A stretch of 64,000 nt of DNA from a virus (Duplodnaviria > Caudoviricetes), in IMG/VR virus record IMGVR_UViG_3300037047_000246, one strand, 5' to 3'. Below are positions 18,248 to 27,435 of this stretch, piece after piece. The notes beneath the pieces were generated by a model. That model searched no databases and was not told where the DNA came from. It worked only from the letters and a program-made list of their open reading frames with translations. How positions within the stretch are numbered: position 1 is the first letter of the stretch; every line of letters begins with the position of its first letter. The position numbers were made by a program, and so were the translations under genes.

Positions 18248-20092
18248 TTACTCGGTCGTCCATTCAGAAGCGTCCAGTTCGCCCACGCCAGACTCTGGGC
18301 TGCCCAGCACCAGGTCTTCCTCTTTCGCCATTCTGCATTCCTCGTCTGTGATGGACCCGCGCCGAAGCATCAGGTCCAGGATCAGGTTGACGTGGTTGCG
18401 CTTGGCTTCATGCATTTTGCCTGATGCGCCAAAGTAGGAGGCTCTCGGCCTGGGCAGAATAGACGCCAGGAACACTGACTGGGCAAGAGACAGTCGAGAA
18501 GGGTCTGTGCCGAAGTAGTGATTGGCCGCTTGCCCGATGCCCCAGATATCTGGGCCGAACTCCACGGCGCTCAGGTACGCTTCCAGTATCCTGTCCTTGG
18601 TCATGCGCTGCTCTATCGCCATGACCAGAAAGAACTCTTGGACTTTGCGAGACGCTGTTTTGTCCCTGCTCAAGAACATGTTTTTGGCCAGCTGCATGGT
18701 GATCGTGCTGGCCCCACGAACGAACTTTCTGTCTTTGACATTATCCCGGATGGAGTTTCGCACAGCTTCCACGTCGATGCCTTTGTGGCCCCAGAATCCG
18801 GGGTCTTCTGTGGTCACCACGGCTTTCGCCATGTACGGGGAGACGTCGGCCAAAGACACTTTGGCTGGCCATCCGGCAGCGGCTGACTTGCCTGTGCGGC
18901 GGCCTGTGGAGGAGTAGATCGTGCGCGCAAAAGGTTTGCCGGACAGGGCTGCAGACACTTTGTCCGGCAGCTCCAGCACCTTGCATTTGTTGACGAGCTC
19001 GAAGAAAGCCTCAGGCGTTTTTCCGCTTTGCTCGCTCACTTTCGCCGCGCTTCGCATCTCCCCTCCCAGGCGCATGCCTACAAGCTCTTGCTTCATCGAG
19101 TCCGGCACAGCTTGCAGCACGTCTGAACACGGCGTCCAGCCCATGCTGGCTTCCAGCTTCCAGCTCTCTGCGTCTCTCGACGCCAGCATTTTCAGCGGCA
19201 CCTGCCCCGCAGTCACGTCTGCCGACCACGACCAGCGGCGGGCAGACTGCACCAGCATCTCTCCGCTCACGCAGGTCTCAGGCAGCGTCACAGAGTCTTC
19301 TGCCACGGCCCCGTGCTGGCCTGTGGCAGACTTGAACTGGGCCTGGACCGAGATTCGGGCGCCGCCTTCGCCGGGCGCCGCCGTCACCGCTGCCTGCGCG
19401 CCGGCTACGGACAGACCCCAAGGCAAGTCTGCTCTGGCCGCCGCAGCCGAGAACGACACCGAGCCGCCTTGAGACTGCACGTCCATCACCTCGAGTTCGT
19501 GCAGCCGGATGCTGTGGCCCCGGGCAAACAAAATGACTTCTGGCGACTTGGCTTCAGTCTTCCCTGAGCCTTTGATCACGCGCATGGAGTGGCTCTTTGC
19601 CTGACCCCATTTGGACTGCACGATCAGACCCTCCAGCAGCACTTCGACCGAGGTGTCCAGGTTCGCGGTCACGCAGTCCGCTTCCACCTTTGTGCCGCTG
19701 CCGTCGATATCCTCCCACAGCAGCGGCACATTCTTTATTCGAATGCGCATTGATCGGCCAGACGCCCCAGCCTCGCTCTTGGCTTTCGGCCACCGGCCGC
19801 TCATGGTGATTTTGCCGCCTTCAGCGGTCACCTGCTTCGGGGAGAGCTTGTAGTCGAGTTCGATCAAAGCGAAGCTCAGCACAACGTGCCGAGCCTTGTC
19901 TTTGGACGTCATGTCGAGACCGCTCAGCCGAACCCCGCTTCTGGTCAAGGACACCTGTTGCACGGCGGCGTCCCATCCCCTGGCCTCGAGCTCGCCAATC
20001 AGCGCTCTCTTCGCCAAGACAGGAGCGGACAGGTATGCTGCCGCCCCGAGTGCAAAGACAGACAGGGCGGCCGCTTTTGCGCGTTTTCGCAT
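18248..20092 (-). CDS. Peptidoglycan glycosyltransferase (GT51, MtgA-like) with N-terminal membrane anchor and long central region
   Basis: GT51 motifs EDPGFWGHKG, GASTITMQLAKN, RKVQE, KDRILEAYL, AANHYF; hydrophobic N-terminal AAALSVFALGAAAYL. Confidence 0.9.
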   Translation of the reverse strand: MRKRAKAAALSVFALGAAAYLSAPVLAKRALIGELEARGWDAAVQQVSLTRSGVRLSGLDMTSKDKARHVVLSFALIELDYKLSPKQVTAEGGKITMSGRWPKAKSEAGASGRSMRIRIKNVPLLWEDIDGSGTKVEADCVTANLDTSVEVLLEGLIVQSKWGQAKSHSMRVIKGSGKTEAKSPEVILFARGHSIRLHELEVMDVQSQGGSVSFSAAAARADLPWGLSVAGAQAAVTAAPGEGGARISVQAQFKSATGQHGAVAEDSVTLPETCVSGEMLVQSARRWSWSADVTAGQVPLKMLASRDAESWKLEASMGWTPCSDVLQAVPDSMKQELVGMRLGGEMRSAAKVSEQSGKTPEAFFELVNKCKVLELPDKVSAALSGKPFARTIYSSTGRRTGKSAAAGWPAKVSLADVSPYMAKAVVTTEDPGFWGHKGIDVEAVRNSIRDNVKDRKFVRGASTITMQLAKNMFLSRDKTASRKVQEFFLVMAIEQRMTKDRILEAYLSAVEFGPDIWGIGQAANHYFGTDPSRLSLAQSVFLASILPRPRASYFGASGKMHEAKRNHVNLILDLMLRRGSITDEECRMAKEEDLVLGSPESGVGELDASEWTTE

Positions 20093-20132
20093 CACAGATC
20101 TGACATTTGAGTTTTGATTACTTTCGTGCTGC

Positions 20133-20342
20133 ATGGCAATTAAATTCTTCAACATAGCTGCCCGCGTGGCGTGCTTGGCGCAGCCGCTGTCCGATCGTCC
20201 GGACTACGGTTCAAACACCAACCCGGCTCTGCCCCGCGGCGGCGAATGCGGATGCGGCGGGGAGTGCAAATGCGGGGGCGGAGAGTGCGAAGGCGGGTGC
20301 AAATGCTGCGCCAGCAAGACTTCGAAACCGCTGCCTACTTAA
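20133..20342 (+). CDS. Small Cys/Gly-rich (metallothionein-like) protein with IAARVA helix
   Basis: MAIKFFNIAARVAC...GGECGCGGECKCGGGECEGGCKCC. Confidence 0.6.
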   Translation: MAIKFFNIAARVACLAQPLSDRPDYGSNTNPALPRGGECGCGGECKCGGGECEGGCKCCASKTSKPLPT

Positions 20343-20934
20343 TCGTGGCTCTGGCTCTGGCTTTGGCTCTGGCTCTGGCTCTGGCTGGAATTTCTTCTCG
20401 CCATTTCCCGAATAATCCGAGCTTGCTGGCATGATATACCGCCGGTGCTAGGTACACCCATGCATCCCATGGCATATCTGATTTGAGAGTGTTGCACCTC
20501 CAGCAGCATGGAACTACATTACTTTTCAAGTATCCGATGCTGCTATCCTTTCGATCCAAAGTAATTTCCGAATCTCTACTTCTACAATAGTAGCACGGGC
20601 ATCCTAGCAGCATTCGTATATCTGATAATTTCAGGTTGCTTTTTTGCCCCTTGTTTCGTACTTTGTTCCAGTATCCGCACGCTCTTCTATATGCATCGTC
20701 GTGTGCCTTTGCCGTGGCTACATTCTTGACATTCTTCTGACTATCGCATTTTTTACAGGTTGTCCTGAAAGACACGAAAAGATATTCCATGTGTTTTATG
20801 ACATGACCACTGAACATGGTTAAGAGTTTTTCAGTTTTGCAAACCACACAAACTCTCTTTTCTGTCTGCTGTCGCTTTTCTAGATGGACAATGGCCTCAC
20901 CCATCTTGTTTGACTCAAATTTATTGTTAGTCAT
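20335..20934 (-). CDS. HNH homing endonuclease
   Basis: CYYC...TLDRKDSSIGY...NVVPCCWRCNTLKSD; AT-rich compared with the flanks. Confidence 0.8.
   Translation of the reverse strand: MTNNKFESNKMGEAIVHLEKRQQTEKRVCVVCKTEKLLTMFSGHVIKHMEYLFVSFRTTCKKCDSQKNVKNVATAKAHDDAYRRACGYWNKVRNKGQKSNLKLSDIRMLLGCPCYYCRSRDSEITLDRKDSSIGYLKSNVVPCCWRCNTLKSDMPWDAWVYLAPAVYHASKLGLFGKWREEIPARARARAKARARATIK
20347..20386. repeat. Hexamer tandem repeat (GGCTCT)x~6.5
   Basis: Read directly; encodes the ARARARAKARARA tail of the HNH gene. Confidence 0.9.
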
Positions 20935-21037
20935 GTGCTGGTAACGTCATAAACGTTTTATGGGAAGTATTAGCACAATGACCTTGTCACCATTTGTGCA
21001 GGTAAAGTCTCATGTGTCAACTGCACAGGAGACTTTC

Positions 21038-22063
21038 ATGGAAATCAAGTGGCAGCGCGGCAAGTTCCATACTTTCTTCGCAAAGATGAAGATTCGGATC
21101 GGCGGCAAAGACAACACCGTCGATGTGATCCACCAGAACGACGAATTCGAGTACGACGGGTCGATCCTGAAGTACGCTGGCGCTGAAGTGCCGTCCACAC
21201 ACCTGCGCGGAGCTATCGAGAGCGGATGGGCCAGCCAGGTGCAGTACGACGAGACGCCGGTGGACAGGTTTGTTGCGGACAGGGACGTGGCTAAGGCCAC
21301 GACCGTCAACCGGGACCTGAGCCGCGTGCAGCGCGGCGGCATCAAAATGGATACGGACAGCCTTGACGAGGAGACCGTGCTGGAAGTCAATGACCGCGGC
21401 AAGATTGAAAAGGCCAGCGCCGGCGTTCGGCCAAAGGTATTGACCAAGCAGGACAATCGCCGCGGCATGTCGATGTCCACCAGCGACGCGGATTCTCAGG
21501 AAGGCGTTGTCGTGGGCAGGGTCAGGTCTGCCGCCAAGATCAAGGTGGAGGACGTGACCAAGGAGCACGGCCTGGCTAGGCAAATCGAAAACCGCGGCCT
21601 CGGCAAACCCATACTGGACAAGAGCAAGATCAGGCAGGTGGAAGGCATCACCATCAAGACCAGCGTGTCCAACATCGATCGGTCGGCAGCGGTGTCCGAC
21701 GTCAGCGACGGCGAAGGCGTGGTTGTTGGCAAGGTGCGCCGGTCGGAAAAGGTGTCCACGGGAGGCATCGAAGTCAAGGACACCAGCAACGTGCGGGCCG
21801 GATCCGTGGCCGCAGAAGCGTTCCAGCCTCGCAAGGGCGCGATTGCTATCGACACCAAGCTGCCGCCCAAGATCCGGATGGCCAGGCGCATCGATCCTGC
21901 GTTCCCCGCTGATTGGTCTTTTACCGGCAAGCTTGCCGAGCGCCTCGCCGCGGCCAAAGCCCACGGCATCACCCCGCAGTTCCTGGAAGCTCTGTACGCG
22001 GCCGAAGGCGACCAGTTCAGGAAACTCTTGGAAAAGACCTTCCCCAAGCAGTTCAGCGGCTGA
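21038..22063 (+). CDS. Hypothetical protein (probably virion-associated)
   Basis: AGGAG SD; repeated GVVVG(R/K)VR segments. Confidence 0.75.
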   Translation: MEIKWQRGKFHTFFAKMKIRIGGKDNTVDVIHQNDEFEYDGSILKYAGAEVPSTHLRGAIESGWASQVQYDETPVDRFVADRDVAKATTVNRDLSRVQRGGIKMDTDSLDEETVLEVNDRGKIEKASAGVRPKVLTKQDNRRGMSMSTSDADSQEGVVVGRVRSAAKIKVEDVTKEHGLARQIENRGLGKPILDKSKIRQVEGITIKTSVSNIDRSAAVSDVSDGEGVVVGKVRRSEKVSTGGIEVKDTSNVRAGSVAAEAFQPRKGAIAIDTKLPPKIRMARRIDPAFPADWSFTGKLAERLAAAKAHGITPQFLEALYAAEGDQFRKLLEKTFPKQFSG

Positions 22064-22110
22064 AGCCTCCGCCGCTCCCCATCGCCCTTTGATGCTCCGT
22101 GTGTGCCAAC

Positions 22111-22452
22111 ATGAGCACCACTCGCTTGGCAGGCCCGATAGTCTACATCCAAGAAGAGCTGTCCGATGCGCGCCTGCGGTGCGACGAGCTCAAGCACATG
22201 ATGGTGCGGGCAGTGGAGCTCATCAACGCGAGCAAAAAGTCTGACCACTTCTACGCCGTGGCCGGCGACATCATTTACAACGCGCCCCAAACTCTGGTCA
22301 AGCTCGAGAAGGCGCTGGACGCGGCTGCAATGGCCGTCAACCACATGGACTCGGAAGAGATCCGAGCGCTGATACGTCCTGAGAAAGTGGACGCGCTCGA
22401 AAGAATCCTGGACGAAGTCAGGATGAAGCTGCCGCGCCGAACTGGCGGATGA
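22111..22452 (+). CDS. Hypothetical helical protein
   Basis: Coding-like ORF in the operon. Confidence 0.7.
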   Translation: MSTTRLAGPIVYIQEELSDARLRCDELKHMMVRAVELINASKKSDHFYAVAGDIIYNAPQTLVKLEKALDAAAMAVNHMDSEEIRALIRPEKVDALERILDEVRMKLPRRTGG

Positions 22453-22462
22453 GGACACACAA

Positions 22463-23665
22463 GTGAACAAAGACGACTCCGATCCCAGCGGGTTCGTGCT
22501 GAGCGACGCGGCGATGTACGCGTTTCAGTGCCAAGAGGTGTACCCGGACTTGCTCAGTTTTGCTGTGGCGATCCCGGATCACCTCAAGCCGCTGTTTCTA
22601 ATTCCTGTGATGGTGCAGACAGCTTCCGAGCCCTCGGACGAGCTTGTGCATATCGCCGCCCGGGTGGCCAGGCAGCACCTGCCTCCAGTGCAGAGCTTGC
22701 CCACTGGAGGCCCAGGACTGACCCCTTCTGGCAGCAGCGACGCCACGGACATGTTCGGCGGATACTCGACGTTCGACAACAGGGACACCGAGCCGAACGT
22801 GCCTCCGGTCGCAGAGGGGTCTGTCAACGACGCATACCTGGATCCCGGGTCTTTGCCCGCAGCGCAGCCGCAAGACCAGTTCGTGGACGGCGAGCCCCGG
22901 TACGACGCCAGAGTGTGGAATCCTGACAGCACCAGCTACATGACAGACGGAGACTCCGCCGACATTTTCGACGAGGGATATCCGTACAGGTCAGATCACC
23001 AGGTGCGTCACTCGAGCCAGCTGCGCCCGGTGAAGGTGCGCATCGCGATCAAGCCAGAGATCCTGCAGGAGCACGCCCCGGGCAACATCCAGGACAACGC
23101 GGAGAGCTGCTCTTGCAGCTTCGTGTCGTACATGAAGCGCACCCGGATGTACACGTTCTCTGTGCACTGCGGCAACGTTCCTCACATGGTGCGCGCCGTG
23201 CTGTCGGCGATCGACGAAATCACCATGACCTGCGACTGCCCGTTCTGGCGCTGGGGCGGCCCCGAGTACCACGCGAAGCAGAACGAGTATATGCTCGGCC
23301 GGCCCCGCGGCACTGCAGGGCCGCCTGACATCAGGGATCCGGACCGCAAGAACTGGCTGTGCAAGCACGCGTACGCCGTGCTGCGCCATTTGGAGCGGCA
23401 CGTGCAGCGCATCGTGGACGAGAATTGGGCCCTGGACGACGATGACCTGCTGCTTGAAATCGACGCGGAGTGGGACAGGTTGAGCGAAGAGGCTGCGACT
23501 CCCATGCAGAAGGTGGAAGAGCAAGACCCGGACGTCATCGAACCTGCGGAAGAGCCTGTCGAAGCGCAAGAAGAGCCGGAGCCTGAAGAAACCGAGCCAG
23601 AGCTCGAGCAAGACCCCGGCGCAGAGCCTCCGGAAGCCACAGTCAAGCTCCACATCCGCAGGTAG
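22463..23665 (+). CDS. SWIM zinc-finger protein with acidic C-terminus
   Basis: TCDCPFW...WLCKHAYAVL; GAGGA SD before GTG. Confidence 0.75.
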   Translation: MNKDDSDPSGFVLSDAAMYAFQCQEVYPDLLSFAVAIPDHLKPLFLIPVMVQTASEPSDELVHIAARVARQHLPPVQSLPTGGPGLTPSGSSDATDMFGGYSTFDNRDTEPNVPPVAEGSVNDAYLDPGSLPAAQPQDQFVDGEPRYDARVWNPDSTSYMTDGDSADIFDEGYPYRSDHQVRHSSQLRPVKVRIAIKPEILQEHAPGNIQDNAESCSCSFVSYMKRTRMYTFSVHCGNVPHMVRAVLSAIDEITMTCDCPFWRWGGPEYHAKQNEYMLGRPRGTAGPPDIRDPDRKNWLCKHAYAVLRHLERHVQRIVDENWALDDDDLLLEIDAEWDRLSEEAATPMQKVEEQDPDVIEPAEEPVEAQEEPEPEETEPELEQDPGAEPPEATVKLHIRR

Positions 23666-23666
23666 A

Positions 23667-25358
23667 CTATAGCTTTTTGAACCACAACACCTTCTCTGAT
23701 TCCATCACTTTAGTCAAGCCTGCAAATTTGACCAATTCTTGCTCTGTCAAACCCATGTTGCTGGCTTGGGCATATACGGTCTTCTTATGTATGGCCTTGA
23801 TCGTCACTGGATCAAGATAGTGATATGATTTGTCTGTGTTGCCTAGTTTAACCCAACCAGCTGCCGCGTATATTGTGCCTGAGTGTCCTACAGTCGGGTC
23901 ACTGAAACTAGTGATGGCAATGGTTTCACGTTTTTCTTTCTTGAATGCCTTAACAAACCTGTTGATCAAATTAGAGCCAGCGTTACTGGTTTTGAATGAT
24001 GGGGATATACAAAATCGTTTGAGCTCTCTCAGACTCTTGTTCGTGAGTGTGGTTCCGGATAGCCTGCTTACTTTGGCACACGTGCACTGTCTGATCGGAG
24101 AACCGAATGAGCATGCCGCCACTAGTATTCCTGACTGAGTGAATGCTCCATAGTGACAGGCATTTTTGGTGAAACCTATGTAATGGTATTGGCTGAAGAA
24201 TGCGCAAGCCGCGTCGGCAGATATCGAGCTGATTGTTAGACTGTTCAGGTCGTCTGTGATTGGATCCACTGTGATGGACAGATGTCTGCTTAGGATCGCA
24301 AAGACTCTTCCAAGGTTTATTTCATGTTCCCAAATTGATATGAGCTTGTAGTTTGTGTGCCTCTGAACATAAGTGGCTTTGCCTCTATCTCGTGACGTTC
24401 CAACATATCCATTGTGCTTGAAATCATGCCAAAAGTCCCCCTGACATTCTACAAGTAAATTCGCTTTGGGAATATAGAAATCGAACGAATATGGGCCCAC
24501 TTCATACTGGCGTTCATATTTCGTTCCGATTCTTTCTAATGTTGATTTGACCAGTCGCTCTGTCAGTGGATCAGATAATTTGGCTTTCACTGCCGGAATG
24601 TTTACGATTGATGATACGCCATACTTTGTCCGTATCGTGTTTTTTAGTTTTATGCTTTCACATTTTTTACATGTTACCTGTCCAGCTTGACTAACGAAAT
24701 ATGCTATCGTTGTTGGTTTGCGAGTCGAGCAGTGTGGACAGATATGGATTATCTTTTTGCTTGAGTGAAGAGTTAACGTTGCGGGATCGTATCCGAATTT
24801 GATCTTGGTAGCTTCTGTGTCGATCAGATGGACTAACCCACAGATCATATTTCGGTTTTTGGCGCCGTAATCTGACGCAAAGGATTTTTTGTTCACATCC
24901 GATTTTGTTGTCGCATGCAGCGAGGCAAGTCCGATGCAGTCTTGGCATGCGGCTGACTTACGCTTACTGAGCGTGTTTAAGCATGACTCATACCTTTCGT
25001 CGCAAAATTCACATATTGCAACTACTCTTTTAGCAGAGAACGGGCCTAATGAATTCGGCAGGTATCCGAATTTAGTTAGTGTTGCCTCTGAATCTATTAA
25101 TTCGCTTTTGGCACGTGAGCTAGTGACCTTCAGAAAAAACTCGTGCCTATCTTCATCGGTGTTTTTCATAGAGTACGAAGTAGATATCGAGTTGCATTTC
25201 TTGCAAGCTATTGGCACTCTCCTACGTTGCGTAGCGAATCTGTTCATGCAAAATTGGCAGACCGCAATTACCTTTCTGTGAGATGACTGACTAAGACTGC
25301 TCGGCAAATAGCCGAACTGCAGTAACGTTGATTCAGAGTCAATCACTGAGGTTAGCAT
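23667..25358 (-). CDS. Zn-ribbon repeats + DUF559/PD-(D/E)XK nuclease + Mom-like GNAT domain
   Basis: CxxC pairs; FDFYIPKANLLVECQGDFWH; C-terminal FSQYHY...RELKRFC...SFSDPTVGHSGTIYAAAGW; markedly AT-rich insert. Confidence 0.7.
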   Translation of the reverse strand: MLTSVIDSESTLLQFGYLPSSLSQSSHRKVIAVCQFCMNRFATQRRRVPIACKKCNSISTSYSMKNTDEDRHEFFLKVTSSRAKSELIDSEATLTKFGYLPNSLGPFSAKRVVAICEFCDERYESCLNTLSKRKSAACQDCIGLASLHATTKSDVNKKSFASDYGAKNRNMICGLVHLIDTEATKIKFGYDPATLTLHSSKKIIHICPHCSTRKPTTIAYFVSQAGQVTCKKCESIKLKNTIRTKYGVSSIVNIPAVKAKLSDPLTERLVKSTLERIGTKYERQYEVGPYSFDFYIPKANLLVECQGDFWHDFKHNGYVGTSRDRGKATYVQRHTNYKLISIWEHEINLGRVFAILSRHLSITVDPITDDLNSLTISSISADAACAFFSQYHYIGFTKNACHYGAFTQSGILVAACSFGSPIRQCTCAKVSRLSGTTLTNKSLRELKRFCISPSFKTSNAGSNLINRFVKAFKKEKRETIAITSFSDPTVGHSGTIYAAAGWVKLGNTDKSYHYLDPVTIKAIHKKTVYAQASNMGLTEQELVKFAGLTKVMESEKVLWFKKL

Positions 25359-25746
25359 GATTTATGAATACCATTGTGTGGCATGCGGTAAATCCCAGGA
25401 TGAAGAGTGTTCGGTGGACACTTTCAAATCTTACAGGCCGGTCTGCCAAGACTGTGGGGGCTTGTGCGAATATGTGTTCAATCCATCCGGGGTGCAGTTT
25501 GTGCTGAAAGATGGTCCTAGTGGGTCATGGCCATCTAAAGGCGAACGCATAAAGAAACAGCGCGCGGCTTCCTCCGCAGCAGCCGGCAAAAGGCAAAAAG
25601 AGCGGTACAAGAATCCGTCGCTTGTTCCCAACTATCTAGGCCGAGAGACGGGAACCTGGGCCGAAGCTCAACAAGAAGCTGCAAAAGACAAGGGTCAGGA
25701 AAGCGCCGCGACGTACTCTGCACTGATCAACAAGACAAAGAGCTGA
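25357..25746 (+). CDS. FmdB-family zinc-ribbon protein
   Basis: MIYEYHCVACG...CQDCGG...VQFVLKDGPSGSW. Confidence 0.75.
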   Translation: MIYEYHCVACGKSQDEECSVDTFKSYRPVCQDCGGLCEYVFNPSGVQFVLKDGPSGSWPSKGERIKKQRAASSAAAGKRQKERYKNPSLVPNYLGRETGTWAEAQQEAAKDKGQESAATYSALINKTKS

Positions 25747-25883
25747 GAAGGTCCCTCCGGGGCTGCGCAGTGGCGGAGTCCGCATTCAGGACGTCCCATG
25801 GCTGCAGCCGGCTGCGGGACCTGTCGGTTTTTTATCAATCGCGTACTTGAGCTCGCCCGTGGCGCAGCTGGAAGGAATTGCCG

Positions 25884-26510
25884 ATGCGACAGTTGTCGAT
25901 TCAGCGCCGCAAACCGGGGCTCGTGGACTTGCTGATCATCAGGACGGCCAACGCTGTGGCCTACAAGCTCCGGTGGTCCAACAATTTCGACGCCGCGGTC
26001 CCGGTGAATTTTCTCGAAGTGCCCCAATCCGGCTACAGGGACCCCGCGGTGTCTGATGCCGGCGACACGACTTTGTACGGAAACAGGGTGCGCGCGGTGT
26101 TCAACCCTGCGACGTTCGGCATCCCGGACGACTCTCCGTGGTGGCTTCGGGTCTCTCCGCTCAACGCCGCAGGTGCGGAAATTCACACCACGCCGCCGCT
26201 CATGGTGGTGGCGCCCGACCCTAGCGGCTCGTATTTGCCTCAGCTCTCCGTCACCGGAGTCGCCCCGAACGTGGTGGACCTCGCCCACGCGCTCGAGTTT
26301 CATCTGCCTCGGCAGATGAAGCATTTCAGAGTGCAAAACCTGGCCTCCATGTTCGTGGCGTTTCACCCCGGCGGGCCAGAGATGCAAGTGCCGGCGTCGC
26401 CCACGCCAAAGGACCTGAGCTGGGGATCCACGAGCTCCTCCATTTTCGTTCGAGGAGACGGCGCCGCTGTACCATTCTCCATGATGTTCGCGCCGGCATA
26501 CACGATCTGA
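25884..26510 (+). CDS. Hypothetical beta-rich structural protein
   Basis: Coding-like ORF among structural genes. Confidence 0.6.
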   Translation: MRQLSIQRRKPGLVDLLIIRTANAVAYKLRWSNNFDAAVPVNFLEVPQSGYRDPAVSDAGDTTLYGNRVRAVFNPATFGIPDDSPWWLRVSPLNAAGAEIHTTPPLMVVAPDPSGSYLPQLSVTGVAPNVVDLAHALEFHLPRQMKHFRVQNLASMFVAFHPGGPEMQVPASPTPKDLSWGSTSSSIFVRGDGAAVPFSMMFAPAYTI

Positions 26511-26531
26511 AGCTGAGCGCGGGAGACCAAC

Positions 26532-27038
26532 GTGCCGAACGACAGCACAGAATCTCAGCAGGCGCCCTCGACGAGGACCCGGTCCAGGGCTGTGGAGCTG
26601 CAAATTGCGGAGATTGAGCTGGAGACAGCCAAAGTGGAGAAGCTGCACGCGCAGCGGCAGGCCGAGCTTCAGATAGAGCAGCAGCGCATGCAGCTCAGGC
26701 AGCAGCGAGTGCAGTTGGCCATCACGTTCGTCGGCCTTTTGGCAGCTGCCGCCGCCTTGTACAGCAGCTGGTCCACTAGCCGCAAAAGCGACGAGAGGTA
26801 CGAAAAGACCAGCCGCGCTGTTGTCGCCATTGGCTCGGCGCAAGTCGAGCAGTACAAGGCGGTGGAAGACCTGAGAGGCTACACGGCCGAGGTGGCGAGC
26901 GCTGCCCCGGTCTTGATTATTGTCCCGGCTTCGGCGTCTGCTGCGCAGCCCAGAGTCGCCGCGTCCGTGTCGAGAACGCCCGTTCGCAGACCTCCTCCGG
27001 CGGCACCAGCTCCGCCGCCAGATGTGCCGACCTTTTAG
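26532..27038 (+). CDS. Single-pass membrane protein (coiled coil, TM, Pro-rich tail)
   Basis: GGGAG SD; Q/E-rich coil then LAITFVGLLAAAAALYSSW. Confidence 0.6.
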   Translation: MPNDSTESQQAPSTRTRSRAVELQIAEIELETAKVEKLHAQRQAELQIEQQRMQLRQQRVQLAITFVGLLAAAAALYSSWSTSRKSDERYEKTSRAVVAIGSAQVEQYKAVEDLRGYTAEVASAAPVLIIVPASASAAQPRVAASVSRTPVRRPPPAAPAPPPDVPTF

Positions 27039-27331
27039 GGCGCTGTGGCAAGTTTGCCCACAATCTGCAGCAGTCCGTACCAGGTCTCGGTCTGGACAAA
27101 CTCCGGTGCGTGCGTGACTGCCGCCCCGACCTCGCACACGGTGCATTTTCCGTGCAGGCCGGTCGGCGACCCTCTGCGCCTCGTCTTGTGGCAAGCCAGA
27201 TACGAAGCTGCAGGCTTGTCCAGGAGCTTGTCCAAGGCGCCTATGGCAGAGCGCAGCCCTGCAGACTTCGTCCGGAGCTCCAAACCCGCGTGGTGGGCGC
27301 ACCGGCAAAGGTGCCCCGACAGGCGCCCCAA
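27035..27331 (-). CDS. Hypothetical protein with Cys/His motif
   Basis: Short ORF with CHK...CTVCEV. Confidence 0.35.
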   Translation of the reverse strand: MGRLSGHLCRCAHHAGLELRTKSAGLRSAIGALDKLLDKPAASYLACHKTRRRGSPTGLHGKCTVCEVGAAVTHAPEFVQTETWYGLLQIVGKLATAP

Positions 27332-27435
27332 GCTCAGTTTGGCGGACAGGGTCCGCGCGCAGTGACCGGTCTGCAGTCTGCAGCCTAGACAATGATGCGT
27401 TTTTTATTCGGCGTGCTACGTCAGGAGAACTGCAC

